A stretch of 64,000 nt of DNA from Dehalococcoidia bacterium (GTDB lineage Bacteria > Chloroflexota > Dehalococcoidia > UBA2979), in assembly GCA_965200555.1 (NCBI GenBank), contig OZ241365.1, forward strand, positions 1,768,442 through 1,832,441, given 5' to 3'. A model generated the notes under the pieces. The model ran no database searches. It saw nothing but the letters and a program-made list of their open reading frames with translations, and was not told the origin of the DNA. Below, in pieces: positions 1 through 8,456 of this stretch (the first letter of the stretch is position 1; each line of letters begins with the position of its first letter). Position numbers and translations under genes: made by a program.

Positions 1-842
1 CGCCGATCGCGATCGGCGGTCGCCGCTTCGAGTGGGGCCGCCGCACCCTGCTGATGGGCATCGTCAACGTCTCGCCCGACTCGTTCTCCGGCGACGGCGT
101 GGCCGACCCGGCGCTCGCCGCCGCGCGCGCCGCGCGCATGGCCGGGGAGGGCGCGGACCTGATCGACGTCGGCGCGGAGTCGACCCGCCCCGGCCACGCG
201 CCGCTCGATCCCGAGGCCGAGTGGGCGCGGCTGGAGGCGCCGCTGCGCGCGATCCGCGCGGCGGTGGACGCGCCGATCGCGGTCGACACCTCGAAGGCCG
301 CCGTCGCCGAGCGCGCCTTCGACGCGGGCGCGGACGCGCTCAACGACGTGCGGGGGCTGCGCGGCGACCCCGCGCTCGCCCCGCTGCTGGCGCGGCGCGG
401 CCTGCCCGCCTTCGTCATGCACAACCAGCGCGGCCGGCCCCACGGCGGCGACCCCGTAGCCGACGCCCGCGCCGGCCTCGAGGCGAGCCTCGCCGCCGCC
501 GCCCGCGCGGGCGCGCCGCGCGAGCGGCTCGTGCTCGACCCCGGCTTCGGCTTCGGCTGGCGGCCGGAGCAGAACCTCGAGCTGCTGCGGCGGCTGGGCG
601 AGCTGCGCGCGCTCGGCCGCCCGCTGCTGGTGGGCGTCTCGCGCAAGTCCACGATCGGCCTCGTGACCGGCAGGCCCGAGGGCGAGCGCGCGTGGGGCAC
701 GGCCGCCGCCGTCGCGCTCGCCGTCGCCGCGGGCGCCGACGTCGTGCGCGTCCACGACGTGGCGGCGATGGCCGACGCCGCGCGCGTCGCCGACGCCGTC
801 GCGCGCGGCGGCCCGATCGGCCCGCCGGCGGGAGGCCCGTGA
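1..842 (+). CDS. folP: Dihydropteroate synthase, 5' partial (ORF is open to the window start; listed ATG at 54 is internal)
   Basis: In-frame from nt 3 with no upstream stop. The translation (...IAIGGRRFEWGRRTLLMGIVNVSPDSFSGDG...DTSKAAVAERAFDAGADALNDV...DPGFGFG...VGVSRKS) matches the pterin-binding TIM-barrel consensus of DHPS. It lies immediately upstream of the HPPK gene with a GTGA overlap. Confidence 0.9.
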   Translation, partial: PIAIGGRRFEWGRRTLLMGIVNVSPDSFSGDGVADPALAAARAARMAGEGADLIDVGAESTRPGHAPLDPEAEWARLEAPLRAIRAAVDAPIAVDTSKAAVAERAFDAGADALNDVRGLRGDPALAPLLARRGLPAFVMHNQRGRPHGGDPVADARAGLEASLAAAARAGAPRERLVLDPGFGFGWRPEQNLELLRRLGELRALGRPLLVGVSRKSTIGLVTGRPEGERAWGTAAAVALAVAAGADVVRVHDVAAMADAARVADAVARGGPIGPPAGGP

Positions 843-1384
843 GCGCGGCCGGGGAACGTGGCGGCGAAAGCGCCTGCCTCGGACTCGGCGCGAACCTCGG
901 CGACCGCCTCGAACGGCTGGCGTTCGGCCTCGACGAGCTGGCGGCGGCGGGCGTGGCGATCGAGGCGGTCTCGTCGGTCTGGGACACGCCGCCCTGGGGC
1001 GAGCCGCCGCCCGGCGCGGCGGAGCCGCCGCGCTACGCCAACGCCGCCGCCCGCGTGCGGAGCGGCCTCGATCCGCTGGGCCTGCTGCGGCTGTGCAAGC
1101 GCGTCGAGGCGGCGGCGGGCCGCGATCCGCGCGCGCCGCGCAACGCCCCGCGCCCGCTCGACCTCGACGTGCTGCTGGCGGGCGCGCGCACGCACGAGGG
1201 CGGCGGGCTGGAGCTGCCGCACCCGCGGATGCACCTGCGCGCGTTCGTGCTGCTGCCGCTGTCCGAGGTCGCGCCGGACGCCGTGCACCCCCGGCTCGGC
1301 CGCAGCGTGCGCGAACTGCTGCGCGGCGTGGACGCCTCGGGCATCGAGCCGCTGGCCCCGCGCGGCTGGTGGCCGCGCGCGTAG
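839..1384 (+). CDS. folK: 2-amino-4-hydroxy-6-hydroxymethyldihydropteridine pyrophosphokinase (HPPK)
   Basis: GTG at 839 overlaps the folP stop (GTGA). Translation ...ACLGLGANLGDR...VSSVWDTPPWG...RAPRNAPRPLDLDVLL...ELPHPRMHLRAFVLLPLSEVAP matches HPPK family motifs. The long listed ORF 32..1384 is the same frame with a spurious N-extension. Confidence 0.85.
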   Translation: MSAAGERGGESACLGLGANLGDRLERLAFGLDELAAAGVAIEAVSSVWDTPPWGEPPPGAAEPPRYANAAARVRSGLDPLGLLRLCKRVEAAAGRDPRAPRNAPRPLDLDVLLAGARTHEGGGLELPHPRMHLRAFVLLPLSEVAPDAVHPRLGRSVRELLRGVDASGIEPLAPRGWWPRA

Positions 1385-1395
1385 CGGTACGCGCG
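1376..1395. terminator. Candidate bidirectional hairpin between convergent folK and the small membrane gene
   Basis: cgcgcgta-gcgg-tacgcgcg forms an 8-bp GC-rich stem with a 4-nt loop spanning the folK stop. There is no U-tract, as is common in high-GC genomes. Confidence 0.3.
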
Positions 1396-1402
1396 GCGCC
1401 GG

Positions 1403-1672
1403 CTACGCCCCGGCGGGCGGGTCGCCGTCCCCGGCGGCGGGCGGCGGGAACGGCGGCAGCGGGGGCGCGTCGTCCTCGTCGTAGCGGGCGAAGGCCATCG
1501 TGTAGCCGACCCAGAAGGCGAGCGCCGAGAGCGCGGCGAGGCCGGCCCCGACGGGCAGCGCCAGCGCGGCGTAGGAGCGGCGCGAGGCCGCGGCGAGGAA
1601 GAGCGCCAGCTGCAGCGCCGCGCCGGCCATCAGCAGCCGCCCCGTCAGCCGCGCGCGCTCCTCGCCGTTCAC
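1403..1672 (-). CDS. Small hydrophobic membrane protein (hypothetical)
   Basis: 89-aa ORF with two predicted transmembrane stretches (LLMAGAALQLALFLAAA / LALPVGAGLAALSALAFWVGYTMAF). It sits immediately downstream of the Trm112-like gene on the same strand. Confidence 0.4.
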   Translation of the reverse strand: MNGEERARLTGRLLMAGAALQLALFLAAASRRSYAALALPVGAGLAALSALAFWVGYTMAFARYDEDDAPPLPPFPPPAAGDGDPPAGA

Positions 1673-1679
1673 GGGCCGC

Positions 1680-1907
1680 TCACGGGGCCGCCGCCCGATC
1701 GGCCCCGGGCGACGCGCCGAAGCCGGGCGGGAGCAGGTCGGGGATGCCGTCCTCGATGCGGTAGTCGTGCGGGCAGGCCGCGCAGCGCAGCGCCCCGGCG
1801 ACGATCTCCTCGCGCCCGTCGGCGAGCGTCTCGGAGGCCTCGGCGCGGAGCGCGAGCACGCCCTTGCATACGGGGCAGACGAGGATGTCCATCAGGTCGG
1901 CGCGCAT
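1680..1907 (-). CDS. Trm112/UPF0434 family zinc-ribbon protein
   Basis: 75 aa. MDILVCPVCKG...LRCAACPHDYRIEDGIPDLL is the characteristic Trm112-like CPxCK...C..C...YPI.DGIP.LL signature. Confidence 0.7.
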   Translation of the reverse strand: MRADLMDILVCPVCKGVLALRAEASETLADGREEIVAGALRCAACPHDYRIEDGIPDLLPPGFGASPGADRAAAP

Positions 1908-2042
1908 CCGGCCTCCGCTTCGCGTCCCAAGCGATCATACGCGGCGCGGCGCGCGGACGCCCCTCGCGCCGCGCGGCGGGCGCGGGTAGCGTGCGCCCCC
2001 GGACGCGGACGGCGAGCGGCAGGCTCCTCGCAGGAGGTGCGG

Positions 2043-2489
2043 ATGAGCGAGATCGACCGGTCGCAGCCCTTCGTGCCGATCGCACAACCTGCCGACGAGC
2101 AGGTCTTCGTCTACTGCGCGGGATTCAATGGGCCCGCCCTCGATCGGGCACAGCAAGAGCTGGTCGGCGTGGAACGTGACATGAATTCGTCATTGACTAC
2201 AACGAAGCGCGGGCACTGGGGCTGCGCGTCGCACTCTTGGATGAGCGGGTGTCTCTTCGCTACAGGAAGCTACTGCAGGATGGCACTATTGGCTTCCAGT
2301 CGCCTTATGATGGGATCGACGAGGAGGAGGAGGCGCAGGACGATGACGGGACAGCCGAAGGAGAAACTGGCCGACATGCGGCGCCGTGAGGAGAGCGCGA
2401 AGCAGGCTGCGCTGTCGAAGCGGCTCGTCGAGGATCTGAAGGACGAGCGCCGCGCCGCGCCGGACAAGAAGTGGGCTGCGCGATCCTGA
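2043..2489 (+). pseudogene. Possible disrupted ORF in a locally lower-GC patch. The protein-like signal switches frames (frame 0, then frame 2 at about 2180, then frame 0 again).
   Basis: In frame 0 the stretch MSEIDRSQPFVPIAQPADEQVFVYCAGFNGPALDRAQQELVGVERD is protein-like, then the same frame turns Cys/Trp/Ser-rich and implausible. The -1 frame gives protein-like EFVIDYNEARALGLRVALLDERVSLRYRKLLQDGTIGFQSPYDGIDEEEE... but has no start codon. Frame 0 is protein-like again at the 3' end (KLADMRRREESAKQAALSKRLVEDLKDERR). Confidence 0.2.
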
Positions 2490-3232
2490 GCGCATCGGAG
2501 CGGCAGCGGAAGGAGAGGCGCGGGAGCGCCTCTTCTTCTTGCGAGCGGCGAGCGGGGAGGCGGCCCGTGGCGGCGACCGGGCGGATCGCGCTGCGGCGCG
2601 CGACGGCGACGGTGCGCGAGGGCTCGATCGTCGTGCGGCCCGCGCGGGGGCAGCTGCTCGGCGCCGCCGCGCAGCTCGCGCTCGCGGCGGGGGCGGTGGC
2701 CGCGATCGCGCTCTTCCTCGACCGCCTGCCGTACTGGCTGCTCGCCGTGCTGCTGCTGGCCGCGGTGTTCCTCGGGCCGGTGGCGGCGCTGGGGTTCGTG
2801 TTCGCGGTGTTCGGCAGCAGCGTCGTCGTGGACGGGCGCAAGCGGGCGGCGCACTGGCAGCAGGGCTTCCTCGGACTGGGCATCGGAACCACTGCCTCGG
2901 TGCCGTTCGGGCGCATCGGCCACGTCGCCGTCAGCGGCGACCACGACGCCGCCGGCGCGGACGGCGAGCCGCCCGAGGTGGTGACGTGGCTCGTCGAGCT
3001 GGTGCGCGACGACGGACGGCGCTTCGAGATCGGCGCGGTGCTGGCTGCGCGCCCGCTCGCCGCCGAGGGCCACGCGCGCGCCCGCCGGCTGGCCGACGCC
3101 GTCGGCGCGCTCGCCGGGGCCGAGGTGCGCGCCGCCCCCCCGCCCGCCGCCGCCGATCCCGGGGCCGCGGCGAGGCCTCGCCGCCGCCGCTTCGCGCGCG
3201 CGCGGCGGCGGCGGGACGGGGAGCGGGGATGA
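2471..3232 (+). CDS. Hypothetical membrane protein (two TM helices; true start probably internal, about 2566 GTG)
   Basis: The hydrophobic segment LALAAGAVAAIALFLDRLPYWLLAVLLLAAVFLGPVAALGFVFAVF is followed by a soluble domain. It lies upstream of and co-directional with the VanW gene. Confidence 0.5.
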   Translation: MGCAILSASERQRKERRGSASSSCERRAGRRPVAATGRIALRRATATVREGSIVVRPARGQLLGAAAQLALAAGAVAAIALFLDRLPYWLLAVLLLAAVFLGPVAALGFVFAVFGSSVVVDGRKRAAHWQQGFLGLGIGTTASVPFGRIGHVAVSGDHDAAGADGEPPEVVTWLVELVRDDGRRFEIGAVLAARPLAAEGHARARRLADAVGALAGAEVRAAPPPAAADPGAAARPRRRRFARARRRRDGERG

Positions 3233-3259
3233 GGCGCACGGGCGCGCTCCGCGCGGCGT

Positions 3260-4081
3260 ATGATCGCGGCGGCGGGGGACGCATCGATGCTGACGCGCCG
3301 GATCGCACGCCGCTGGCTGCCGCGCCGGCTCCGGGCAGGGCTGGCGCGGACGCGTCGCGCCGTCCGCGACCGCCGCTCGGGCGTCGCCTTCGCCCTCGCG
3401 CGCGGCGAGCGCGCGGCCTTCCCCCACGCCTTCGAGGGCTACGGCCTGCCCGTCCTCGTCTACCCGGGGCAGGAGCGCCTCGCGGCGGGCAAACGCCGCA
3501 ACCAGCGCCTGATGGCGGAGGCGCTGGACGGGGCCGTGGCCGCGCCCGGCGAGGTGTTCTCGCTCTGGCGGCTGGCGGGGCGGCCCAGCGCGCGGCGCGG
3601 CTACCTCCCGGGCGCGGCGATCGTGAACGGGCGGCTCGTCGCCGAGACCGGCGGGGCCACCTGCCTGCTCTCCACCGTGCTCTACAACGCCGGCCTGCTG
3701 GCCGCCCTCGAGGTAGTGGAGCGGCACGCGCACTCGGTGGACAGCTACGGCGAGGCGCGCTACTTCGAGCCGGGCCGCGACGCGGCGATCGAGTACGGCG
3801 TGCTCGACCTGCGCTTCCGCAACCCCCACCCCTTCCCGGTGCTGCTCGCGATCGAGGCCGACGACGAGCGCGTCCGCGCCGCCTTCCGCGCCCCCGTCCC
3901 CGGCCTGCCGCGCGTCGGCATCGCCGTCGAGGGCGTCGCGGCGGACGGGCGCGGGATGCGCGCCCGCACCCTCCGCACGATCGACGCGGGCGGCGGCCCC
4001 CCGCGCGTCGAGGACCTCGGCTGGTCGCGCTACCTCGCGCCCGGCGACGCCCACTTCGCGGACGCCGCCGTCCGCGCGTGA
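3260..4081 (+). CDS. VanW family protein
   Basis: The translation contains the VanW-domain core ...GGATCLLSTVLYNAGLLAALEVVERHAHSVDSYGEARYFEPGRDAAIEYGVLDLRFRNPHPFPVLL.... Confidence 0.75.
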   Translation: MIAAAGDASMLTRRIARRWLPRRLRAGLARTRRAVRDRRSGVAFALARGERAAFPHAFEGYGLPVLVYPGQERLAAGKRRNQRLMAEALDGAVAAPGEVFSLWRLAGRPSARRGYLPGAAIVNGRLVAETGGATCLLSTVLYNAGLLAALEVVERHAHSVDSYGEARYFEPGRDAAIEYGVLDLRFRNPHPFPVLLAIEADDERVRAAFRAPVPGLPRVGIAVEGVAADGRGMRARTLRTIDAGGGPPRVEDLGWSRYLAPGDAHFADAAVRA

Positions 4082-4158
4082 CGCCCGCCCGCCGCCTCCG
4101 CGGCGGCGGCGTCGTCGGCGCTGACCCGCGGACGGCGGTGCTGTAATCTGCTCCGGCG

Positions 4159-4656
4159 ATGCCGATGCGAACTGTGGCTGCGGCACTGGTCGTCGTTCTC
4201 GTGGCGATGACCGCGCTGGCGTGCGAAGCGTCGCCGTCGGAACAGCCGGCGACCGCCGACAACGTGCCGGACACTGTGACGCCCGATCCCAGCCCGGCGC
4301 CCGCCCCGCAATCCTCGCCCGCCGCGACGCCCGAACCTGCGCTGTCGCCCACACCGGATGACGCGCCAGCGGCGACGACCGCAACGCCGGCAGCACCCGA
4401 AGTCCCGTCTGGCGGTGCGTCCGTCGCCGGCATAGCCGCCGGCTACGCCCACACGTGCGCTCTCGGCGAGAACGGAGCCGCAGTCTGCTGGGGCGCGGAC
4501 GACTTCGGCCAGTCTTCACCTCCTACGACGGGCGAGCGTTATGCCGCGATCGCCGCTGGCGGCTTCCATACCTGTGCTCTCCGACAAGACGGCACGGCCG
4601 TCTGCTGGGGCCGGAACGAATCCGATCAGGCGTCCCCTCCGCCACAGGGTCCGTAG
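4159..4656 (+). CDS. Small lipoprotein with two RCC1-like repeats (first unit of the tandem lipoprotein array)
   Basis: The signal peptide plus lipobox (LVAMTALAC) is followed by a Pro/Ala/Thr-rich linker. Two RCC1-type blades follow (GYAHTCALGENGAAVCWGADDFGQ / GGFHTCALRQDGTAVCWGRNESDQ). Downstream of the stop lies a remnant of the family tail repeat. Confidence 0.7.
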   Translation: MPMRTVAAALVVVLVAMTALACEASPSEQPATADNVPDTVTPDPSPAPAPQSSPAATPEPALSPTPDDAPAATTATPAAPEVPSGGASVAGIAAGYAHTCALGENGAAVCWGADDFGQSSPPTTGERYAAIAAGGFHTCALRQDGTAVCWGRNESDQASPPPQGP

Positions 4657-4664
4657 TCCGGGCG

Positions 4665-4725
4665 GTTCTGCCGACGCCGTGATTCGCATCGCGCGCAGCC
4701 TGCTGCATTCGGAGGGCGCGCCGTG
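4665..4725 (+). repeat. Orphan copy of the lipoprotein family 3' tail repeat (...gccgtgattcgcatcgcgcgcagcctgctgc...ggcgcgccgtgagg)
   Basis: In frame +2 it encodes ...SADAVIRIARSLLHSEGAP*, a homologue of the C-terminal tails of both LRR lipoproteins. It lies downstream of the RCC1 lipoprotein stop and directly before the next gene start. Confidence 0.65.
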
Positions 4726-6735
4726 AGGCGTATGCTCGCGGCGGGAGGCCGTCCGATGCGCCCTCGACGCCTCGCCACCGCCGTCGCGCTCCTCGCCGCG
4801 CTCGCGCTCGCCCTCGCCGCGTGCACCGGCAGCGGGCTGCCGCCCGCCGCCGCGCCCGAGGCGTCGCCGGCGGCCGAGGCGCCCTCGGCGCCCGCGCCCG
4901 CCTCGCCGCCGGAGCAGGCGTGCGCGAACGGCGTCGCGGTCGAGGAGACCGCCCCCGCCTCCGAGGGCGGCCCCTGCGTCCCCGCGCGCTACACGGCGGC
5001 CTGCTCGAAGGGCGTCGCGGTGCCGGACCCCGAGGCGAACCGCGGGCTGGTGCGCGACTGCGCGCTGCTGCTGCTCGCGCGCGACCCGCTGCGCGGGACG
5101 GCTCCGCTCAACTGGAGCGAGGACCTGCCGATCGGGGCGTGGGACGGACTCGGCTTCAACGGCGACCCGCCGCGGGTGGACGGCGTGCACCTCCGCGACC
5201 GCGGCCTCGACGGCGTCATCCCTCACTGGCTGGGCGGGCTGACGGAGCTGGTCTACCTGCACCTCGGGGCGCAGAACCACCCGACGGGGCCGATCCCGGC
5301 GGGCCTCGGCGGCCTGCGCGACCTGGCCGGGCTCCACCTCACCAACAACCGGCTGACCGGCGTCATTCCCGACCTCAGCGGCACGAACCTGTCGCGCCTC
5401 GACCTGCGCGGCAACGAGCTCACCGGCGGCGTGCCCGCGTGGCTGGGCGAGATGACGAACCTGCGCGTCCTGAACCTGCGCGGCAACGAGATCACGGGCG
5501 GCGTCCCCGCGCGGCTGGGCGAACTGACGAACCTGCGCGTCCTGAGCCTGCAGGACAACGAGCTGACGGGGCCGATCCCGCGCTCGATCGGCAGGCTGCC
5601 GCTGCTGCGCGAGGTGCGGCTGGCGCAGAACGAGCTGACGGGCTGCGTGCCGTCCCCGCTCGAGGACGTGGCGCCGTCCGGGCCGCGCAACGACGTGGCC
5701 GAGCTCGGCCTGCCGTGGTGCCTGCGCTACGCCCTCGACGCCACCGGCGCGGTCGCATCGGCCGGCCGCTGGGCGATCCTCGACGCCGGGGGCGGTGCGG
5801 ACGCGGGCGGCGGCGGCGTTTCGGGGCAGGCGGAGGCGCCGCCCGCGGTGATCACGACGTGGGAGGGGCTGCGCTCCGAGGCTGCCACGCTGCGCGTCCA
5901 CCAGACCGACGCCGCCGGCACGTCGTGGGCAGCCGAGTTCGGCGCCGTCTCCGAGGACGATCTCTTCGAGTGGCGCAAGGCGTCCGACTGCTGGGTGCGC
6001 TACCGCGTCACCGGCGATCCCGTGCGGCCCGCGGCAGGATCCGGGCGCTGGGAGTTCCCGGTCGAGTGGATGACCTATGCCGCCACCGGCGAGGGCTGCA
6101 CCGGCGCCGTCGGCGCCTCCGCCGTGCTCAGCGCCGACGAGTCCGTGCCCATGGTCATCCCCGCGACCGCGATCACCTCGCCGGTGCGGCACGGAATCGT
6201 GTTGCTCTCCCCCGAGAGCTGGGAGGGCGAAACGGAAACAAGTGAATGGCGCGAACCGCTGCCTACGTTTTCCGGGGGAGTGAACGGCGCCAGCGGGTCG
6301 AGCGCCGACGCCGCGCCCATCGAATTCGGTGTAACGGACAGCCTCGAAGAGGCACGCCGATTCCGGTATTGGCGCGACCCTGTGTTGCCTCCCGGCTGGA
6401 CATTCTTGGGGGTGGAAGCGGGCGGCCACAATGCCCCCTACTTCGGATACTGTGCCGGATGGACGGGAGTCTACGTGTGCGTGAAGGGTGGAGGGTGGCG
6501 TCCGTGGCATCTTTCGGCGAACCCGGTCCATGGTTTGGTCAGCGAGCCGCGCGTCATTGATGGACGCCCGGCGATCGTCCAGTATGCACTTGCGCCCCGG
6601 TATTATAGCGTGAGCGTCTGGATTTTCGACAGGGAAACGGGAATCGAGTATTCGGTAGTTGGCATTGATCATACCTTGCGTGACAGCAACACCGAGGCCG
6701 CGATCGCGATAGCGCGCAGCCTGCTGCCGGATTAG
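4723..6735 (+). CDS. Lipoprotein with 7 plant-type leucine-rich repeats, a conserved central module and a diverged C-terminal domain ending ...AIAIARSLLPD
   Basis: Signal peptide/lipobox (LALALAAC) and a P/A-rich linker are followed by tandem 24-aa LRRs (LxxLxLxxNxLTGxIPxxLGxLxx). The central block LPWCLRY...WEFPVEWMTYAATGEGCTGAVGA is about 90% identical to the downstream paralogue. The C-terminal domain has TGIEY and AIAIARSLLP motifs. Confidence 0.85.
   Translation: MRRMLAAGGRPMRPRRLATAVALLAALALALAACTGSGLPPAAAPEASPAAEAPSAPAPASPPEQACANGVAVEETAPASEGGPCVPARYTAACSKGVAVPDPEANRGLVRDCALLLLARDPLRGTAPLNWSEDLPIGAWDGLGFNGDPPRVDGVHLRDRGLDGVIPHWLGGLTELVYLHLGAQNHPTGPIPAGLGGLRDLAGLHLTNNRLTGVIPDLSGTNLSRLDLRGNELTGGVPAWLGEMTNLRVLNLRGNEITGGVPARLGELTNLRVLSLQDNELTGPIPRSIGRLPLLREVRLAQNELTGCVPSPLEDVAPSGPRNDVAELGLPWCLRYALDATGAVASAGRWAILDAGGGADAGGGGVSGQAEAPPAVITTWEGLRSEAATLRVHQTDAAGTSWAAEFGAVSEDDLFEWRKASDCWVRYRVTGDPVRPAAGSGRWEFPVEWMTYAATGEGCTGAVGASAVLSADESVPMVIPATAITSPVRHGIVLLSPESWEGETETSEWREPLPTFSGGVNGASGSSADAAPIEFGVTDSLEEARRFRYWRDPVLPPGWTFLGVEAGGHNAPYFGYCAGWTGVYVCVKGGGWRPWHLSANPVHGLVSEPRVIDGRPAIVQYALAPRYYSVSVWIFDRETGIEYSVVGIDHTLRDSNTEAAIAIARSLLPD
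5240..5660 (+). repeat. Tandem 72-bp coding repeats (7 LRR units) inside the LRR lipoprotein gene
   Basis: Periodic 24-aa LxxLxLxxNxLTGxIPxxLGxLxx units with matching 72-nt periodicity. Confidence 0.8.
5701..6125 (+). repeat. Conserved central module, copy 1 (about 90% identical to 7351..7730)
   Basis: The stretch LGLPWCLRY...WAILDAGG...TWEGLRSEAATLRVHQTDA.GTSWA.EFGAVSE.DLFEWRKASDCWVRY.VTG.PVRP..GSGRWEFPVEWMTYAATGEGCTGAVGA is shared almost verbatim at DNA level. Confidence 0.8.
6697..6732 (+). repeat. Family 3' tail repeat at the end of LRR lipoprotein 1 (AAIAIARSLLPD*)
   Basis: gcgatcgcgatagcgcgcagcctgctgcc is shared with the copies at about 4690 and about 8415. Confidence 0.65.
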
Positions 6736-6741
6736 CGAGCC

Positions 6742-8456
6742 ATGCGAAAGTTGTTCGCCACCGCCGCCGCGCTCCTCGCCGCGCTCGCCCTCGCCGCGTG
6801 CACCGGCGGCGGGCCGCCGCCCGCCGCCACGCCCGAGGCGACGCCGGCGGCCGAGGCGCCCTCGACGCCCGCGCCCACCGCCATCGCCACCGCCGAGGCG
6901 CCGCCGCTGCCCTCGCCCGCGCCGACGCCGGAGCCGCCGCCGGAGGTGGCGTGTGCGAACGGCGGCGCGGTCGAGGATCCCGAGGCGCGCCCCGGCCTCG
7001 TCGCCGACTGCGTGGCGCTGCTCGCGTCGAGGGATGCGCTGCGCGGCGAGGCGTCGCTCGACTGGGGCGGCGACCTCGCGATCGGGCGCTGGGAGGGCGT
7101 CGCCGTCGGCGGCGAGCCGCCGCGCGTCGTCCGCCTCGACTTGCGCGGCAAGGGACTCACGGGCGCGATCCCTCGCGGGCTGGGCGAGATGGAGAGGCTG
7201 AGCACCTGATCCTCGCGGACAACGCCTTGACGGGCGGCATCCCGCGCCCGATCGGCAGGCTGCCGCGGCTGCGCGAGGTGCGGCTGGCCGGCAACGCGCT
7301 GACGGGCTGCGTGCCCTCGGCGTTCGGGGACGCGAGGGGCGACGCCGCGTACCTCGGCCTCCCGTGGTGCCTGCGCTACGACCGCCTCGACGCCACCGGC
7401 GAGGTCGCCGAGGCGGGCGGCTGGGCGATCCTCGACGCGGGCGGCGAGGTCCTCGCGACGTGGGAGGGGCTGCGCTCCGAGGCGGCCACGCTGCGCGTCC
7501 ACCAGACCGACGCGGGCGGCACGTCGTGGGCGCCGGAGTTCGGCGCCGTCTCCGAGGGCGATCTCTTCGAGTGGCGCAAGGCGTCCGACTGCTGGGTGCG
7601 CTACCACGTCACGGGGCCGCCCGTGCGGCCCTCGGGGGGATCGGGGCGCTGGGAGTTCCCGGTCGAGTGGATGACCTACGCCGCCACCGGCGAGGGCTGC
7701 ACGGGCGCCGTCGGCGCGGCTACCGTGCTTGCCGCCGACGAGGCGCCGCCCGACGTCGTGCGGTCGCCCGATGTGGCGCGGCTCGGAGCGCCGGTGCGTC
7801 ACGGTCCGTTCCTGATGGTGCCGGTTGGCTGGACCGGCGCGATCGAACCGGAGGTCGAAGTCGCCGCGACGCCACCGGTGTTCAAGGTGCCCGAAGGCTC
7901 CGGTGCTTCGGTGTCCGCTGGCCAGTCCGGGGGCAGCGCAACTCCGGAATGGCCGGAGGGCTACCCTCACGCCTCCCAGCTCCGTAGCTACCAGATGCGA
8001 TTGGACGACACGGCGCCGGACTGGGGTATCTCTTCCCGCACGGCGAGTCTCGCCGAGATAAGGCAGCACCCGCTGTGGCGCGAGCCCGCGCTGCCATCGG
8101 GGTGGTACATGCACAAAGCCAAAGCTGTGCTACGGGGGTATGAAGCGCATTACGCGGACGACCAAGGCTTCGATGCGCTCAGAATCAGAATCTGGTGGCT
8201 CCCTTGGGAACCCTATACGGGGCACGTCATCGACCATCCTACGCGCATCCACGAACTGATCATCATTGACGGTCATCCGGCGAAGATTGAGTATGGTTCT
8301 TTGAACGTTGCTTATCCTCATGCGTATGTCACTATCTATGATAAGTCCACTGGCATCGAGTACGAGGTAACGGGAGAGAACGCAAGCCTGCGGGGCGATA
8401 TCGGCGCCGTGATCGCGATAGCGCGCAGCCTGCTGCCGCCGGCTGGCGCGCCGTGA
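6742..8456 (+). pseudogene. Frameshifted paralogue of the LRR lipoprotein (only about 2-3 LRRs; -1 frameshift at about 7205)
   Basis: The N-terminal ORF 6742..7209 (signal peptide, lipobox, linker, first LRR) stops at ...LGEMERLST*. The protein continues in the +2 frame (EHLILADNALTGGIP...) through the conserved central module and a C-terminal domain ending AVIAIARSLLPPAGAP. Adding one C at 'agcacctgatc' (to 'agcaccctgatc') restores a perfect LRR reading frame. Confidence 0.7.
7351..7730 (+). repeat. Conserved central module, copy 2
   Basis: See the 5701..6125 entry. Nucleotide identity is far higher than in the flanking LRR and C-terminal regions, consistent with gene conversion or recent duplication. 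Confidence 0.8.

Noticed and set aside
2270-4519. Very long alternate-frame ORFs with Arg/Ala/Gly/Pro-rich translations. Examples: 2270..4519 -, 2539..4146 +, 4516..6672 -, 10604..14497 -, 14836..17109 -, 17381..19573 -, 32152..34095 -, 36818..40270 +, 43531..47091 +, 46815..50672 +, 56760..60272 -, 60539..63112 -.
   Set aside because: Typical artefacts of a 75% GC genome (few stop codons in any frame). Their translations are low-complexity, and each overlaps a confidently identified gene on the other strand or in another frame.
4541-4726. Listed ORF 4541..4726 + (61 aa).
   Set aside because: It overlaps the RCC1 lipoprotein in another frame and has no plausible start context. Only its last about 15 codons are meaningful, as the orphan family tail repeat, which is reported as a repeat.
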